Positions 33,975 through 46,732 of a DNA stretch of 64,000 bases are shown here, piece by piece (position 1 is the first letter of the stretch; every line of letters starts with the position of its first letter). A program made the position numbers and the translations under genes. The notes under the pieces were generated by a model. That model was given only the letters and a program-made list of their open reading frames with translations, ran no database searches and had not been told where the DNA came from. The DNA lies in contig JAQGDQ010000003.1 in assembly GCA_030141605.1 (NCBI GenBank), positions 1,178,001 to 1,242,000 on the forward strand. Direction: 5' to 3'. The stretch comes from Tubiluchus corallicola. Its lineage: Eukaryota; Animalia; Priapulida.

Positions 33975-34290
33975 TATTTTATTTTTTCTGTCTTTTTGTC
34001 TGTCTGTCCGTTTGTCTTTATTTCTGTTTTCTTGCTTTCTGGCTTTCTGTCTGTCTATTTCTTTGATTGACTGAGTGAATGACTGATTGACTGATTGATT
34101 GATTAATTCGTTCATTCATTCATTAATTCATTCATTCGTTCATTCATATATTTCTTCCTTCCTTCGTTCATTCTTTTTTTATTTTCTGTTACTTTATTTT
34201 ATTTTATTTTCTCTCTCCTTTTGTCTGTTCGTCTTTATTTCTGTTTTCTTGTTTTCTGCCTATCTTTCCGCCATCCTTTCATTCTTGTTA
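33975..34290. repeat. Low-complexity, degenerate tetranucleotide tract (CTGT/ATTG/CATT/TTTC)
   Basis: Visible degenerate microsatellite mixture. Confidence 0.75.
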
Positions 34291-34549
34291 ACAGGTAAAA
34301 TTTTCAATTATGACGAATTAAGCGTTTTCAAAATAAAAAACGTACAAGGTAGAATAAGTTATAGGTAACATGCTAGTAGAACGCTCGGAGGTGGTCTTGT
34401 GTATTACTTCGGATTACCTGTATTAATAGGAATTACCCGGGCAATTTCGCTTACTATACAACTTATTTTAACGATGTTTGGCAATAATCTAAAGCGGTCA
34501 GTGATACAATAATACAAGAAATAATCGTTGAATCAATTAAACGTAATTA

Positions 34550-34625
34550 AAAATGTAAGCTGCTGAAACTTGATTGCTTAATTATATATGTAATTAAGCA
34601 ATCAAGTTTCACCAGCTTACATTTT
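34550..34625. repeat. 76-bp near-perfect palindrome (35-bp arms, 1 mismatch)
   Basis: aaaatgtaagctgctgaaacttgattgcttaatta-tatatg-taattaagcaatcaagtttcaccagcttacatttt. Confidence 0.9.
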
Positions 34626-35146
34626 ATTACAAAAATTGAGTAAAAACTTTATGATAACAATTTAAGGCTTCCCTAAAGGCATTTTTAACAGAAAAAGCTA
34701 ACCCTCCTTAAATCATTCAACAGCATTCTCTTGTGTATTTTAAACAAGCAACTGTGTCTAACAGTGTGAAATGATTATTTATAGGATCAACCAGTTGTGA
34801 ATAAATAAACAAACGTTTGTATTATTGAAAGCACTTCTGTTTGAGTACCAGTACTTGACTGTTTAAGAGTTGTTTAGTTAAAACTAGGTAATTATCCCAG
34901 ATTAAATAGCTAACTAAAAGCCATTATACAAATTAATTAAAAACAAATTTCTAATTCCTACCTCTTAGGTGATAATGCATTCGAGTGTGGAGAGGTTATT
35001 TAAAGCTTGTCAGTTATAGTGCAAAGAATTATTTCTTCACTTCTTACATCGTCACACGTACTTATCCTATTCTTCTGTTGTCACCACCAAACAAAAATAT
35101 AGACTGGTTACATACGATGATACACTTTTTTCCAATGACTTTGTAG

Positions 35147-35234
35147 TCAGGTGTGAAGCGAAGATTTCGCACCGCGTGTGGCAGACATTTTGTGACGTCA
35201 CGCCTATCGAAAAACCCGGTAGTGAAAGTTAGGA
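35147..35234. repeat. 88-bp segment with an inverted copy at 37083-37170
   Basis: The reverse complement matches 37083-37170 at 86/88 positions. Confidence 0.92.
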
Positions 35235-36997
35235 GAGGGTGTATCATGTGTGTCTATTATTCGAGCAATTGAGCTTAAAATGTGTTACACCGCCGCTAGT
35301 GATGCCTCCTTCACTACGGCTAACACACGAAGAGACAATGCTGGTATTAAGTTCACCGCGTGCGAAACATACATCTGGGAGTGGGGTTTTACCTGACAGG
35401 TGAGTGAACTCAGGTAACCAGGAAGCGGCACGAGACAGACCAAGGCGGACCTCAGTGAGCGAATAAAAACTTATGCGAAGTGTGCTGATGGGATGTATCG
35501 CTTCATGTATGTGGGTAAAATCACGCTTATCGTCCAGGCATATGACTTTCAACAGTTACTGAAAGAACAGCGTAGGCGTAACAGATGTTCACAAAGAACA
35601 GACCTGTGTCAACATTCAAACAAAATGCAGTTCGCAATTGCTTTGTTGGGTAAATGGAAAAAATAACTTTACGTTTTTGCTTCATTAGCAAATTTGCAAT
35701 AGCATTTCGCGCTTTACTGTCGCTACTGACACGCGTAAACCAAAAAAGAGAGTTGCCCCACACAAATTGCAGTGAATTGAAGATTTTGCGTCAAAAAGAA
35801 AATGAACAAAAACACTATAAAATGCAACAACCAAGAAGTTTTTTTTATATTAATTGACGCCGTATTTATGGTGAACTACAAAAACATGAATGCTCTGGCA
35901 GTCAGCCTGAACTCGAATAAATGAAATTTTATACAGTGCACAGGCCTATTTGTGTATATTTGTATATAAGACATAAATGGTATCAAGAAACACTCTTCAT
36001 GCTTTCAGATTCGAAAATTAAAGACAACTATGTTTTTGCTCATCGCGTGCTTATATTTGTCCTAAAGCTGCAAACGTACGTAAAAATTACGCCCTTTAAT
36101 TACTTTTCCGGCATTCAGAGTTTTGTTGTGTCTGAAACTCACTGAAAGTCAATAAATTTTGTTTGTTTTCATTGTTTGAAACTTTAAAATGTGTTATAAG
36201 CGAGACAACTGGGTGTATTCAAGTACTCGTGAATTACGGTGTAACAGGTACTTAGAACTGGCTGAGTGAGAGACTATTAGTTTCATTTGAACTGTTGGCA
36301 CCTCCTCTACCTATTCATGAGTCACGGTAAATTGCATTTAACAACAGCAAAAATTTAAAACCGCATTATTTAAGCACATTAATCATGGCATGCAGAACAC
36401 CTGTAGTGGGAACAACGAAAATTTCGTTCATCGTAATTCACTTTATTTAAATTTAAGTGTATCTGCATCCGGCAACTATTGTAATAGGTAGCGTTTCTGG
36501 TTTTGAAAACAAAAGTGAACTAAAAGTTTACGACATTTGTTTTGTAGGTCAAAATTTCGTTGCCTCGTTTGTGCAAGTTCATTCGCTTTAAGGCGTTTAC
36601 AACTTTTACTTTTACTTTTTACTTCCCGTACCTTTTCCTTACCACGCCTATAATAATGTTATACTAGTTACAATAGATGATTGTTGCAAGCCCCCAGGAC
36701 CTAAGTGGTGACTAAATTTATACCTTTAGTATAAAATTACTTTTCAGGCGGCAGTAAACACCAGCAAACACAAGCATGAGTTTACAAAAGCTAACGAAGC
36801 TTTTTGGAGCTCACCGGCAACTTTAGTCTTAAGAGACACAGAGTTTTTTAAGCCTGTGGATTCAGAAACACTTACTTTAGTAAATTTCTGCTTCAGTCAT
36901 ACTTTGTCATTTAGAAATTAGTCCTACCTCATTAATGACAGGTCCGGTTTACTTGAATAGGGCGAGTAAAACACACTTCTTGTGTTTCCTTCAGTTA

Positions 36998-37249
36998 CTG
37001 AATTTATAATTAAGTTCAACTAACAATGCTGCAGAAAGTAAGAGTTCTCAGTCTCAGCTTTTTCTTATAAGAATAAATCCGATCCTAACTTTCACTACCG
37101 GGTTTTTCTATAGGCGTGACGTCACAAAATGTCTGACACACGCGGTGCGAAATCTTCGCTTCACACCTGAATTTATAATTAAGTTCAACTAACAATGCTG
37201 CAGAAAGTAAGAGTTCTCAGTCTCAGCTTTTTCTTATAAGAATAAATCC
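36998..37249. repeat. 83-bp direct duplication (36998-37080, 37167-37249) enclosing an inverted copy of 35147-35234
   Basis: The two direct copies ctgaatttataattaagttc...gaataaatcc are identical by eye. Confidence 0.92.
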
Positions 37250-39240
37250 ATTCTGGTGATTTTTCTCTAATGCATTGTATGTATCATATGTATCAGAATA
37301 ATTGAAATTGTAAATCTGGGCAGTTTTAAACTGATCGACAACAGTCGACGACAATCGTCACAGTTCATTACTTACTTTTCTTGTGTACAAATATTACTAA
37401 TGTATTTGAAAATTAGCACGCATTTAGAATTTGTTATGAAGCATTGAATTTATTACCATTTGATTAGTGTTATTTTGAGATTATGAAACTGACTTTTGTC
37501 AAACAAACATTCTTAGACTTGTTATGTATAGTATTGTATTTTGTGTGATAGTACTGTATAGATTTAGATTTGTTGTACTTAACTATATTTCACATTGAAA
37601 TTAATTATCTTTGTCCTATTCTCGATGTACATTTTGGACAATAGTCTTATTTTGGACTATATATACTTGTTTACTGAACCACCATTACATACAGCAAGCG
37701 TCAGCAACAAATAAACAATACACATTTAACCAACAGTAAAAGAGACGTTTACTAGAGACAAAATCCCCTTACAAAGGAATATTGTTCCCCGAGCGTACAG
37801 AACAAAAATAACTATCACAACAATGTTAGCTAAAGGAGTATTAATAACTCTTTACAAAACTATGTTTAGATTTTACGTAGATAATAAATGATCCTTCATA
37901 TGAAAAGATGATTCCGGAAAAACTACAATTTTGCATAATTCTACATTTGACTACTCATTAATCATTGTCATTTGGTATAGCAGAAAAAGGAGGAAACAAA
38001 TTTTCAATATTATTAAAAAGTGCAAACCTTTCATCCTGAAAACGATGACATTTCATAACTAAATGTATTTCAGCTTCGATTTGGTAACGGTCACAGTAAA
38101 TACTTTTTAGTTAGCTTAAATGTATTACTTTTTTATTAAAAGGTCTTATGTTACCTTTACCCAATGATTGTCACAAACAACACTTGTTTACACTCATTTT
38201 GACCTACTCTGATAAAGTATTCCAGCCAACTTACTTCACCTCCTCCTTGACTCTCTACGTACTCTCCAGGCACTCAAATGTCTTTTCTGTTGCTAAATCG
38301 TCTTGACCTTAAAACCATATCCAATAATCCAATCCAATTACTGTGTTAGTGTAACTTACAACATTTGTAATTTACAACACTTATAATTATACAATTCTGG
38401 TAGCGATTACTCTCTAACACGGGAATGTCTTAATGACAAGAATTGGGATGATTAATAAAAAATGTACACTAAAGGAATAAAAGATATAAATGTCTTTATT
38501 GTAGGATTTTTAATAAAACGCTTATTCTTTAACATGAGAAACCAAACAAAATTATGAATTGATGCCTGTCAGATAGATTGATACGAAATAAGCCTGTCAG
38601 ATACATGATAGTCTGTGCAAGTGTTATTTTATACAGTTAGCACTCAGCAAGTTGGGATCCAATATGCAAAAGATTAGTGGAGATTACTGTGGCGGCACCG
38701 AAACCCGCTATCCTCTGAGTTTTAGGCGCTGAGCCAGTCTTTGTATATGCGTTTTAGCCATGCTCAGAATTCTTTTATACATCACACTGAAAACTGAATA
38801 GCTATGACAATAGTATGACAGAAAAACTACGGGCCAAGCGCGCAGTGTTAAATCTGTTGTTCTCTTGAAAATTCAGTGTGTTGTAGTATACACGCATGTT
38901 ATAATTTTCGAAATGACATTTGGAAACTTTTACTATTTTTTTCCTCAAATAGTTATGTGGTTGTGAAAGAACGTAGCGTTAAAGAAGCAACATACTACGT
39001 TAAGAAAATAGCTCACCTATCTGCTGATGAATCATCTATCTGTTGTCACTTCAAAGTTTTCGTATTTACTAGCCATTAAATTAAAAACAATGGGAGGAAG
39101 TTTTTAACTAAATTGTGAGCTCTAGGATAAAATCGATTATATAGCCATCTACCACAATGCCACAAAATAACAATCTGTAAGATAGTAATATAGTTCACAT
39201 AGTTCAGTTTATTCATATAGTTTACATGGATTGTATGTCG

Positions 39241-40576
39241 TTTCGCCAGGGCACAATTCGCGATTGCATTATTTCGCCAGGACACAATTCGCCATTGCAT
39301 TATTTCGCCAGTCTATCTTTTCACCAGCGTATTATTTTGCCAGTATATTAGTTCGCCAGTTGATAAAAGAAATAGTGCAAAAAGAATTTAAAAGTATGTA
39401 AATAGTAGCACACATCGTCAATGCATCATTTCGTCAGTTTATCTTTTCGCCAGTGCATCAGTTCGCCAGTCCATTTTTTCTCCAATTGATATTAGAAATA
39501 GTACAAAGAGTATTTAAATAGTAGTACACTTCGCCGGTGTATCTTTTCGCCGGGCTATCATTTCGTCATTTGTAAATGGAAACAGCGCAGTTAGTATTTT
39601 AATAGTAGTACGCTTCGCCAGTGCATCATTTCGCACGTCTATTATTTCGCCGCCTGGGCACACCCTTAACATTATATAACGAAAGGTCCTTTCTCTTGGA
39701 CCGCTTAAACGTTTGGACCTCGAGGTTCTAATTTTTGAAGAATCTTACCAGGACTTTTTCATTAACTTATTCTATAAAGAAGTGGTCCCTGCAGTCCAAA
39801 TTTTTGTTGCAGATTGTCTGTTCCTTTGTACATCTGACCTGTCTCAACCTTTTCGTATGTGAAACCATTGACCTTTTATGGACCCTTTTATGACTAAATT
39901 TGGGACACCACAACTCCTTAGCGAACGAAGCCATTTTGAATCACTTGCCAAACACTGGAGATAGAGTTGTCCCTGATCCACTAGCCCTAGAAGCCATTTG
40001 GACCTCGAGGTCCTAATTTTTGCCGTATCTCACCATATCTTTACCTTATGTTACTCGTTACTGAAGCGCCACCTACAAACATGGTGGCCAATACCGATAG
40101 TCCCATGATTGCTTATTCAACGGTGCGCACTGATGCCGCCTACTTACGATTATTGTTTAAAGGCCGTTTTCCAAACCCTTTTTTCCCCTTGTTAAGGTAT
40201 GGGGAGGCCAAAATCCTGTTCCCCCTTAAGGTATAGGAAAAAGGGACAACTTTGACGAGCCGTTACTCCCAAACGAAGTTTTCTCCAATAATCTCCATTC
40301 TGCTGGTGATAGTCCAATCAATTCTCTACCACCATCCTAAAACATGTCCTCCCGCAACATTAAGCACATCTTCCACAATCAATTCCACAGACCCATTTTC
40401 ACACTCTAAAAACTAGCAAATAACTTCTAACTCTTGCCATGCACTGGCGAAGTGTACTACTATTTAAATACTTACTGCACTATTTCTAGCTACAAATGGC
40501 GAAATGATACACCGGCGAAATGACAGACTGGCGAAACGATAGACTGGCAATATGTAACACTGTCAAAATGCAGACT
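39241..40576. mobile_element. Foldback/MULE-like element with inverted arms built from ~15-bp ttcgcca repeats
   Basis: The left arm (39241-39655) has many ttcgcca(g) units plus three spacers like agaaatagt..agtatttaaatagtagtacac. The right arm (40441-40576) has the reverse-complement units (ctggcgaa; tgtactactatttaaatact..actatttcta). No transposase ORF or clear target-site duplication. Confidence 0.6.
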
Positions 40577-40719
40577 GGTGAAGTGGGTGATTACCGTTTA
40601 GGTATTATTGCTAATTATATAGTGCAACCTCACAAGCATTATGAACTAATGTTTTAAACACAGCAAAAATGGCTACGTCACTGACGGGCCTTTTGTACAT
40701 CAATATGAGAAATCTTCAC

Positions 40720-40942
<223 letters not shown>

Positions 40943-41949
40943 TCTGGGTGGGTCTGGACATTTAGAAATGCTGAATTGATTAGTGAGCTTACACTGAGAA
41001 CTTCGTACTCGCAAACTGCTCTCTCTTTTCGCTTTCGTTGGTCAGCCAAACGTCAACTTTCAGATTTTCAGAATTCCAGACTTTCTCGCTTTCTTTTTTC
41101 TAGTCAAATTACATATAGATAGATTTCAAAATATTTGTAATTGTGGTTAATTTCGTCAGTAATGATTTGAAATTAAAATAATAAACATGAAAGTAAGAAT
41201 GCTACAACTGGGAAACTTACTTTTGCGATTTTTAAGCATGAAACTTCGCTAATCTTTCCCTTTATTTATTTATTTTAGTTTAGTTAAAACTTTATTTATT
41301 TAAAGTGCATTTACAATAAAAACAACGTCTGATACAAGTATCTTCACGGTGCAAGTGCTAAGTGCTAATAAAAGAATAAAAGAATAATTGGTTACAACCA
41401 ATTTATTATCATTAGATCAAATAAGTGGATCAAATATTTTGCTAACAGCGATAAAAACGCAGCGTTAAAAACGTTAGTCAAAACGGAATTTTGGCTTCAA
41501 TACATGAAGAGTGTATATGTTAATTCGTAAAAACATCATTTAAATAACAATAGTGGTAAAATGTTGGCTTAATAAACTGCTATAGTAAATTGTGTTGAAT
41601 ATGACAAGATTGATGACCAGTTTTGAATTTTTCAAACACTTTTGTGTATAGGACTGTGGCTTATAATTTTGTCACAGTCACATGTTATACACAGATTGTG
41701 ACAAGCTTGAGTATACATTCATTTCCTAGAAATATTTTATTACTATAAAATAATTATTTTACCCAAAAGAGGCATCGAAGTATCATGACTATCTTCTTTG
41801 TGGGGTATGCTTAAATAAACCCATCTAACTAGATGAATGTTGTAATATTCCATACTATGTGTGTATTCCAATATTTTGAATTGCGCTATTCACAATTCGA
41901 AGGGGGTGGATTTGAATCTCAGTCTGGCTGTGCAAGATCCAATCAGACA

Positions 41950-43150
41950 ACTGTTTCTTTTCTTATTACTTCTCTTTTTAGAAGCACTGCTTCACGTGTC
42001 ACAATCTGGTGACTGAGAAGGATATCTAATATGGCCGCTAGGGCTCCACCATATTTTACGCATTTGAAAAAGCGATGGTAAGAACTTTCTTTAAAATCAA
42101 TACAGCTAAATTTGGAGTTGTCAGTTAAGTTTCTAATAAAAAGATCTCTTTTCAATTGAGAAAAATTTGTTATGCAGCAATTAGTGAATATTTTATTGAA
42201 ACGATCATAATTGTATCGAAAACATAATATTTTTGTGTGTAAATTCCACAAGGCAATTAATTCGGTTTTGAATGAAATTTGGGAACTATATCTTTCTCTG
42301 AATTCTTTGGGTAAAGAGTTCCAAATTCTCATGCCTTTTTGAAAAAACTGTTATACAATTGTTTTAAGCCAGCGGAATCAGGGTGGGATAATGATCTACA
42401 TTTCGGCGAAAATCATTTATTATTTCAAATAAATATTCTAGAGCCTTATGATAATATATTTCTTGGATAGTTTAAGGAGTTCTATCAGGAGCTGAAAATC
42501 AATAGGAGTTCAGCTTTGGCTTTTAAGGAGGGAAGGCCGAGCAACTGATTAGGATTTGTTTGACTAATGTGTTTCGTAGCTCCGGATATCGCGTATCGAA
42601 TTATTGGCCTTACAAATTCTTTTTAAAAAATGGCTAAATTGTACGTAGTTGTTTTGAATTTGAGTAAATAAAGTGAGTGAAGTATTTTGTTTTCTTTTTA
42701 AGACAATTAACATATAAGTTCCAAATAATCGCTGAATCGAATATTAATCCCAAATGTTTGACTGTATTGACCACTTCAACTTCAGCATTTGTCGAAGATG
42801 AGTCCATTTAGTCCTGATGGATCTTTTGCACGAACATAAAATTGACTTTGCTTTTTGGATATTTATTGTAATCTCCCTCCTCCAAAGCTGAACACTGATT
42901 TTTTGTTTTATCTAAGTCTCGATTTAAACTTTCAACACCTAAACGTATATTGTTAGTTGGACACAGTAAACAAGTATCATCTGCAAATACATGCACTATA
43001 TTTTCTAAATAGTCTGTTATGTGATTAATAAATACTAAAAAAAGCAATGGCCCTAAAATTGAGCCTTGAGGAACACGAGCCTTAATTTGTTTCCATTCAG
43101 ATATAGAATCTCGAGCTACCACTCTCTGTTGGCGACTGTTTGAATTATTG
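41950..43150 (-). mobile_element. 5'-truncated, decayed CR1/L2-group LINE (reverse transcriptase C-terminal half)
   Basis: RT motifs VPQGSILGPLLFLVFIN and FADDT in 42808-43122. Downstream lie RIWNSLPKE and a degenerate zinc-knuckle-like end (LF.RNL..N..FSC...E..YH.FFKC.KY). Stops and frameshifts lie between the two parts. Confidence 0.88.
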
Positions 43151-44039
43151 TGTAACCATGTTTAATTATTTATTCAATTTTTTATTTTCGTATTTATTCT
43201 CCACACCTATTTCGATAATTCTTTAGAAAGCAACCTTTTTATTTGCTCATGTGTTTATTTATTTACTTAATTGTCCGGACGTTGAGTTTAATAATGGACG
43301 TTGATTTTCTACCCCTTCACTTTCACATTGTTCAAATTAATTATATTGTAATATTTACTCTTTATTTTATTTCGTATCAGCTATATTGAACTAATTTTTT
43401 CCTAACAAGTGAATTATGAACGAAATTCCAATTCTACAATTCTAATTTTTATTTCTTCATTCACTCTCTCGCTCGTTTTTAATCCACTCTTCTTTTTTAC
43501 TGCATCTTAGTCGTTGAAATTAATGTCTGTTGCACTTGGGCGCCAATCTTAAACTTTTTATGTCATACATCCTATATTTTCATAATTATAATTACACAGA
43601 TACTATAATAAGGCTACTATAGTAATTTATTTATTTTATTTTTCATGACACATCCACGAGGCGACAAAAACACAGCAGCACACTTTCGTTTTTGTTGGAA
43701 TACACGTGCCCATATTCTGTGAACTGCCAACAGTTCTACAAAATGTCTTTGGCGCCATCTGGCATGGAATATCCGAAAAGCAAGTTGGCATATTTTAAAC
43801 AAGTTCGACTTCAATTACTGGGTAAAGGACTCGCTGAAATATGGAATTATGGATCAAAAATTTGGCTCCGCAAAAGATGCGAATTTATTTTAGTATTTTC
43901 TTTCGTTTTTGGGTTCACGTTTAGATTTTTAAATTTTTATTTAGAAAAGGACGTCAAAGCCAATAAACGACATCTTGAATTACTGAAGAGTGGTCGGAAA
44001 TATGACCGTCAGTCGATGTAGAAATAATTCTAGTATGCT

Positions 44040-44620
44040 AATATAAATTCATTACGATCCATAGCAAATTGGTGAACGGTAGGCTTATTTTAAAAATGAT
44101 GTTATTGCTGCCACCTTGGATTCGAAACTCCGGATCGAAAATCCAAATCGAGCATTAATTGTATTACCATATTTACACTTTATTTTATTTCATTACAGTT
44201 ATAGATCAACAAACAGTTCAGTCAATGCCGATCAGTCGATGATATCACAGCGATATTAAATTAAATGCGGCATATCAAATCTGTTAGTCGATGCGGATTT
44301 TGCTCAGGTATATTCTCGTATAAAGTTTCATGACGATCCATTGGAAATTGGCAGAGTCTTAAGGTTTTTTTGAAGATGATGTTATCGCCGCTACCTTGAA
44401 TTCAAAATGGCAGTTCAAGTGGGAATGAAAGTACGGCACCATTAAATCGATGAGGAATTTGTTCTAATATACACTTGTAGAGTTTCGTGACGATCATTGT
44501 CAATGAGTGGAGCTTTAAGCTTTTTCGAAAGGTCATGACAAACAAGAACATCAGTAACAACATCCAGAAGAATAGCGACTTGCATCAAATCCTAGAACCA
44601 AAAGAAACCGTAATCCCCTT
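44040..44620. mobile_element. Degenerate internally repeated element, Helentron/HINE-like
   Basis: Recurrent ttc(a/g)t(g/t)acgatc at ~44048, 44327 and 44484; gatgttat..c.gc.accttg.attc.aaa at ~44098 and 44378; gtcgatgcgga/atcgatgagga units. Confidence 0.45.
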
Positions 44621-46732
44621 GTGACTTCTGTTGCTCCAAAATGGAAAATGACCTTTTAATATTTGTTTTAACTACTAACTCAAAATTATAACATCATTTG
44701 CAAATAAAAAAGACGGGTTCGTCACAGAAACTATCAAGAAATTAGTGTTTCCAAAATTCTTGAAAAAAATTATTGTTGTTTGTTTGGCTCCACAATAAGA
44801 AACTACTGTAATGGTGACAATGACTAATATTATATAGGCCTAATTACATTCACTGATACTGCACGTACGTCCTATTGATATTTTTATAATATACACTGGA
44901 TTTGAAAAATACTGAATATAAGAGTGAATAAGGGCGATTGCAATGTAAATTACTGGTGTGTTCAACTGGCTCAGTGCAGCCTCGCGTATGTCGTATGTCG
45001 TACCTCGTCGGTTACTCAGTGAGTGTCATTATGTCAAGTATGTCACGCATCACCGATCGGGCTCTACCAATTTGAAAACAAAGCTCTGCAACAAAAGCAG
45101 TGGCCACGTACAAAAACATTCAAGGCTTCTAACTGGGCAAATCTCATCAAGAAAATGTGTTCGGGAAATTTATGCTAGTTGAATTTTATCGCATCCACGC
45201 GAAGCCGCTATCCACACATGTCTACACTATTGGGAAATCGAGGCAGCGCTATCACTCATTCACGCAAATCATCGGTCCAGGTTCTAACGTCAGTTACACC
45301 GTTAGCTTAGTGTAACTCATGTATTAAAATCTGGGGAATTCTCTTGTTATCGTAACAAAATCATCGTTATATTGAAACAAAATTTGACGCATTTTTATAT
45401 TACTGATGAGTTGATAAATCCTTCAAAAGTTAACATTGTAAATAATATAAATTATAATATAAAATATAATTATAAATTATAATTAAATATTATAAATAAG
45501 TAATTTATTTGTATTTTACATATAACTTCATGAATTGATAACAAGAAAACTTGTACCCTTTTTCTGCAACTTATACGTACTTGCCACGCAACAAAATAAA
45601 AACAAAAAGCACTCATTGAACAACAGATAAATGGTTTTACAAATTTAAGCTCGCAAAACGTAATCAATGAATGACTTTATTATATAATATACATATTTTT
45701 TAAATACAAGGCCATCTACATTTATCACAACTTAGGACAGTCTTCTACGGACAAAAATATTATTGTTGTCAGGACAATGATGAGAACCAGATCAGCATGT
45801 GTTGGAGGAAGCGTTTATTATACGATGATCGAGATGAATAGCTGTATTAACGGTTAAAAAGAAACCAAACTTAAGCAACATTAATGTTGTAAATGAATGG
45901 ATGAGTGACCAACGAATTCCATACTCGCATTATGGCTTTCATTCCGTTGAGGGAGGATGAAATAGTTTATTCGCATCCAAAAGTTGCTGTGACATCTTTG
46001 CCAATTAAGTATCTCATCTTGAAGGATTATCCTTGACAACGGGATAACTCCGGGTTCACACATAACAATCTTCGTCGAGTAACCCATGCCACTGAGCGTT
46101 AGATTCTATGGTGCCGAATTGCATAACAATAAACAAATAAAAAAAAATCCGTTTTTAGCGTAAAGCCTTAGCTGAATTTAAAGAACGCATGTATGTCAAA
46201 CGTCCTTTTACGTCCTTTTACGTCCACACTCATAATTTTTTATGTTGCGCACATTAAATATAACATTATCCGGTTTTCAGCATTGTTCTAAGAACTAAAC
46301 ATTGAAATTTACAAAGTCTTAACGAGAATTACAAAACAGATTGGCCTATTGTATGGAATCACATCTCCACAAACATCTGAAAAGCTGAAGTACAGACAAC
46401 TCAATAATGGTGACAAAAACTTGCCAATGTAGAACAAACTACAGTGAGACAAGAAGCCAATCTTCAGTCACATAGTTATATGAACTTGGCATGACCAAAT
46501 ATGGAATTAACTGTAAATGGGTGAACACAATTATTGGGTAGCTGCTACAGATGTGAATAGCTTAGTGATTTCTCACTGTGTTTCCAGTGCCGTCTGGTAC
46601 AGGCTTTAGGTTATACAGAGAGTGCGAAATAACAGCAGCCCCCATCCGCCAACAGTCTGAAATCCTGAAACTGTTGTAGATTATTTTGTACGTTTTAAAG
46701 TAATTTCTTGTGGATTCAAACTACTTGAATCG

